A stretch of DNA of 64,000 bases from Mayamaea pseudoterrestris (lineage: Eukaryota): contig BROI01000005.1 of NCBI GenBank assembly GCA_027923505.1, forward strand, positions 868,001-932,000. The letters run 5' to 3'. Shown here piece after piece: positions 62,311 through 64,000 of this stretch. Each line of letters begins with the position of its first letter. Position 1 is the first letter of the stretch. Under the pieces are notes generated by a model that saw only the letters and a list, made by a program, of their open reading frames with translations, had not been told where the DNA came from and searched no databases. Position numbers and translations under genes: made by a program.

Positions 62311-63990
62311 TCAAGTATGCTGAGCGTCGTCAACCTTTAATCTCTCGTTAGCTGGATCATCTTCATCATCGGATAAGGCGGACGGCACAGTGTCCGTCAT
62401 CTCCAACTCAGTATCACCTTCTCCCGATAATGGAAGCTCCATTGCAAAAGCATATTCCTTGGCGGAAGGGTTTGGTTTCCACAAAAAGGCGATGCCGGAG
62501 AGCACCACAAAGAATTTGAGTTCAGCTGCAGCCTCGACAATCCACTCATGCTCCTCTCTTACGATACCGTCCTCGTTGTATGCATCAACCAAGCTAAAAA
62601 CTGCCATGAATGTCGAGAACAAGACGCCAAAAAGGAAGATCATTCGCAGCTTTAGATATCGTGCAAGCTTGCGACTCTGGCGCATGCCCTCTAAATACTG
62701 CATGGTACCATCTAACGCAACCAAGATCCAAATGACAAAGATGATATCAATGGCGGCTACGACAAAAGTCAGAATGGTGGCAGCATCAAATAATTTGACC
62801 TCTGTTTGGAACGACAAGGTTTGCATGTCTTGGACAGCAAAGAGAATGACGAGTCCGCGACTAGCGACAACTCCCACGTATACGACAGCCAGGCTAATGA
62901 TCTTCTTCGTAGCGGTCCCGAGTGAGTCTCGAATGACGCCCCACCCTAATGCGACCATGACTAGGAGAGCTCGCGCAGAGCCGTGCTTCATGCTTCCCAA
63001 GATAATGCCAAGGTACGTCAAGTATTCCTTCCTCTCACCAACCCAATTCCATGTATGGTAGTCAACGCCTCGAACTGTGACTTCGATCAAACCAAGAAGA
63101 ATGGTGATAAAGACGAAATTTTCAATGTCAATGCGACTGGATTCGTTCTGCTTCATGAGGAAGGCATACCACATAATTAAAGCAAGATATCCGGCCAGAA
63201 GCAGCGTATAAAAGTGCATGAACTGAAAAAGCTCGCCAGGCAAATTTCCGTGCCTTGACTTCCAAATAGCCTTTCCTGTAACCATAATATCCCGGCCTTC
63301 CTCGTCGCAATTAGCAAAAAGAATCACATAGCGTCCAGTTTGGTCCAGTTCCAGTTCTCCTGACCGAAGCTTCTTGGACATGCCTCCTTCCCTTGGTACG
63401 GTAATGGATCGAGTGGTCCCTTCAAACAGAGTTTGATTAATAATGAGTCGCTGCCATTGCCTGTAGTCGGATCCATCGCACAGTCCGGCATCAACAGCAC
63501 CCTGACTGCAGCACCAACGCAGACCACCACTACTATTCTCCGTCTCCAAAATGCCTCCAACGCCAATTTTAGTCCAGTCGCAACCTTCTCTACTATTTGC
63601 GCATTGTTCTGGTTGCTTAAAGACAACAATATCAAGGTAGCTCGCATCGACTTCGACTCCTCCATCCAGTGTTCGATGGTGCCGTTCCCTATCGGACCCC
63701 TTGTCATCATTATCAGCGAGACTTGCATCGTCTCCCATCACGGCATCTCTTGCATCATCGTCTTGTTTGTTGTTTGTATATGCTCCGCTGACGGCTACAA
63801 ATTTGAGGGATGACAGATCGACCGATGCGTCCGGGCCAACGACATATCCATCAGCGTAGTGAACGTATAGATCGGTCGGCGGCATAAGAATCTCAAAATT
63901 TTGAGTTTCTGCCTGCACTCGGTATTTTACGAGCAGTATACCGAGCAGCCACGTTTTGGAACGACTCTTGATAGGCACACAAGCCGCCAT
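62311..63990 (-). CDS. GOST / lung seven-transmembrane (TMEM87-like) protein
   Basis: Signal peptide, luminal domain ending WKSRHGNLPGE, seven hydrophobic segments (LGWGVIRDSLG) and FLWKPNPSAKEYAF. Confidence 0.88.
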   Translation of the reverse strand: MAACVPIKSRSKTWLLGILLVKYRVQAETQNFEILMPPTDLYVHYADGYVVGPDASVDLSSLKFVAVSGAYTNNKQDDDARDAVMGDDASLADNDDKGSDRERHHRTLDGGVEVDASYLDIVVFKQPEQCANSREGCDWTKIGVGGILETENSSGGLRWCCSQGAVDAGLCDGSDYRQWQRLIINQTLFEGTTRSITVPREGGMSKKLRSGELELDQTGRYVILFANCDEEGRDIMVTGKAIWKSRHGNLPGELFQFMHFYTLLLAGYLALIMWYAFLMKQNESSRIDIENFVFITILLGLIEVTVRGVDYHTWNWVGERKEYLTYLGIILGSMKHGSARALLVMVALGWGVIRDSLGTATKKIISLAVVYVGVVASRGLVILFAVQDMQTLSFQTEVKLFDAATILTFVVAAIDIIFVIWILVALDGTMQYLEGMRQSRKLARYLKLRMIFLFGVLFSTFMAVFSLVDAYNEDGIVREEHEWIVEAAAELKFFVVLSGIAFLWKPNPSAKEYAFAMELPLSGEGDTELEMTDTVPSALSDDEDDPANERLKVDDAQHT

Positions 63991-64000
63991 GGTCGAAATG

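Overview
Gene-dense eukaryotic genomic DNA, most likely from a diatom or related stramenopile. This rests on short GT/GC-AG introns, bipartite plastid-targeting presequences and a diatom-type (CoDi-like) Ty1/copia element. All family calls are from motif recognition by eye; no database search was run. From the start: a frameshifted 3' fragment of class II fructose-bisphosphate aldolase; a 169-bp palindrome-rich tandem array ending in an inverted copy; a Tudor-like protein; an HROB-like OB-fold protein; a long hairpin; a 5.2-kb copia LTR retrotransposon; a NERD1-like FG-GAP protein; CWC25; a giant 8-exon (~4550 aa) SH3/DUF3638/DUF3645/EF-hand/Vps62-like gene; two small genes; a FANCD2-like protein; REV7; a COX14-like protein; PP2C; a DHHC acyltransferase; an APP1/HAD-like protein; CCT7; a SAP plus double RNase HI protein; plastid YchF; a LarA-family enzyme; an intron-containing histone H3; and a TMEM87-like protein. 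The most notable signal is in the retrotransposon. It lacks a tRNA primer-binding site, and the sequence at that position is perfectly complementary (15 nt) to an Inr-like probable transcript 5' end inside its own LTR. This is the geometry of Tf1-type self-primed reverse transcription, here in a copia element.
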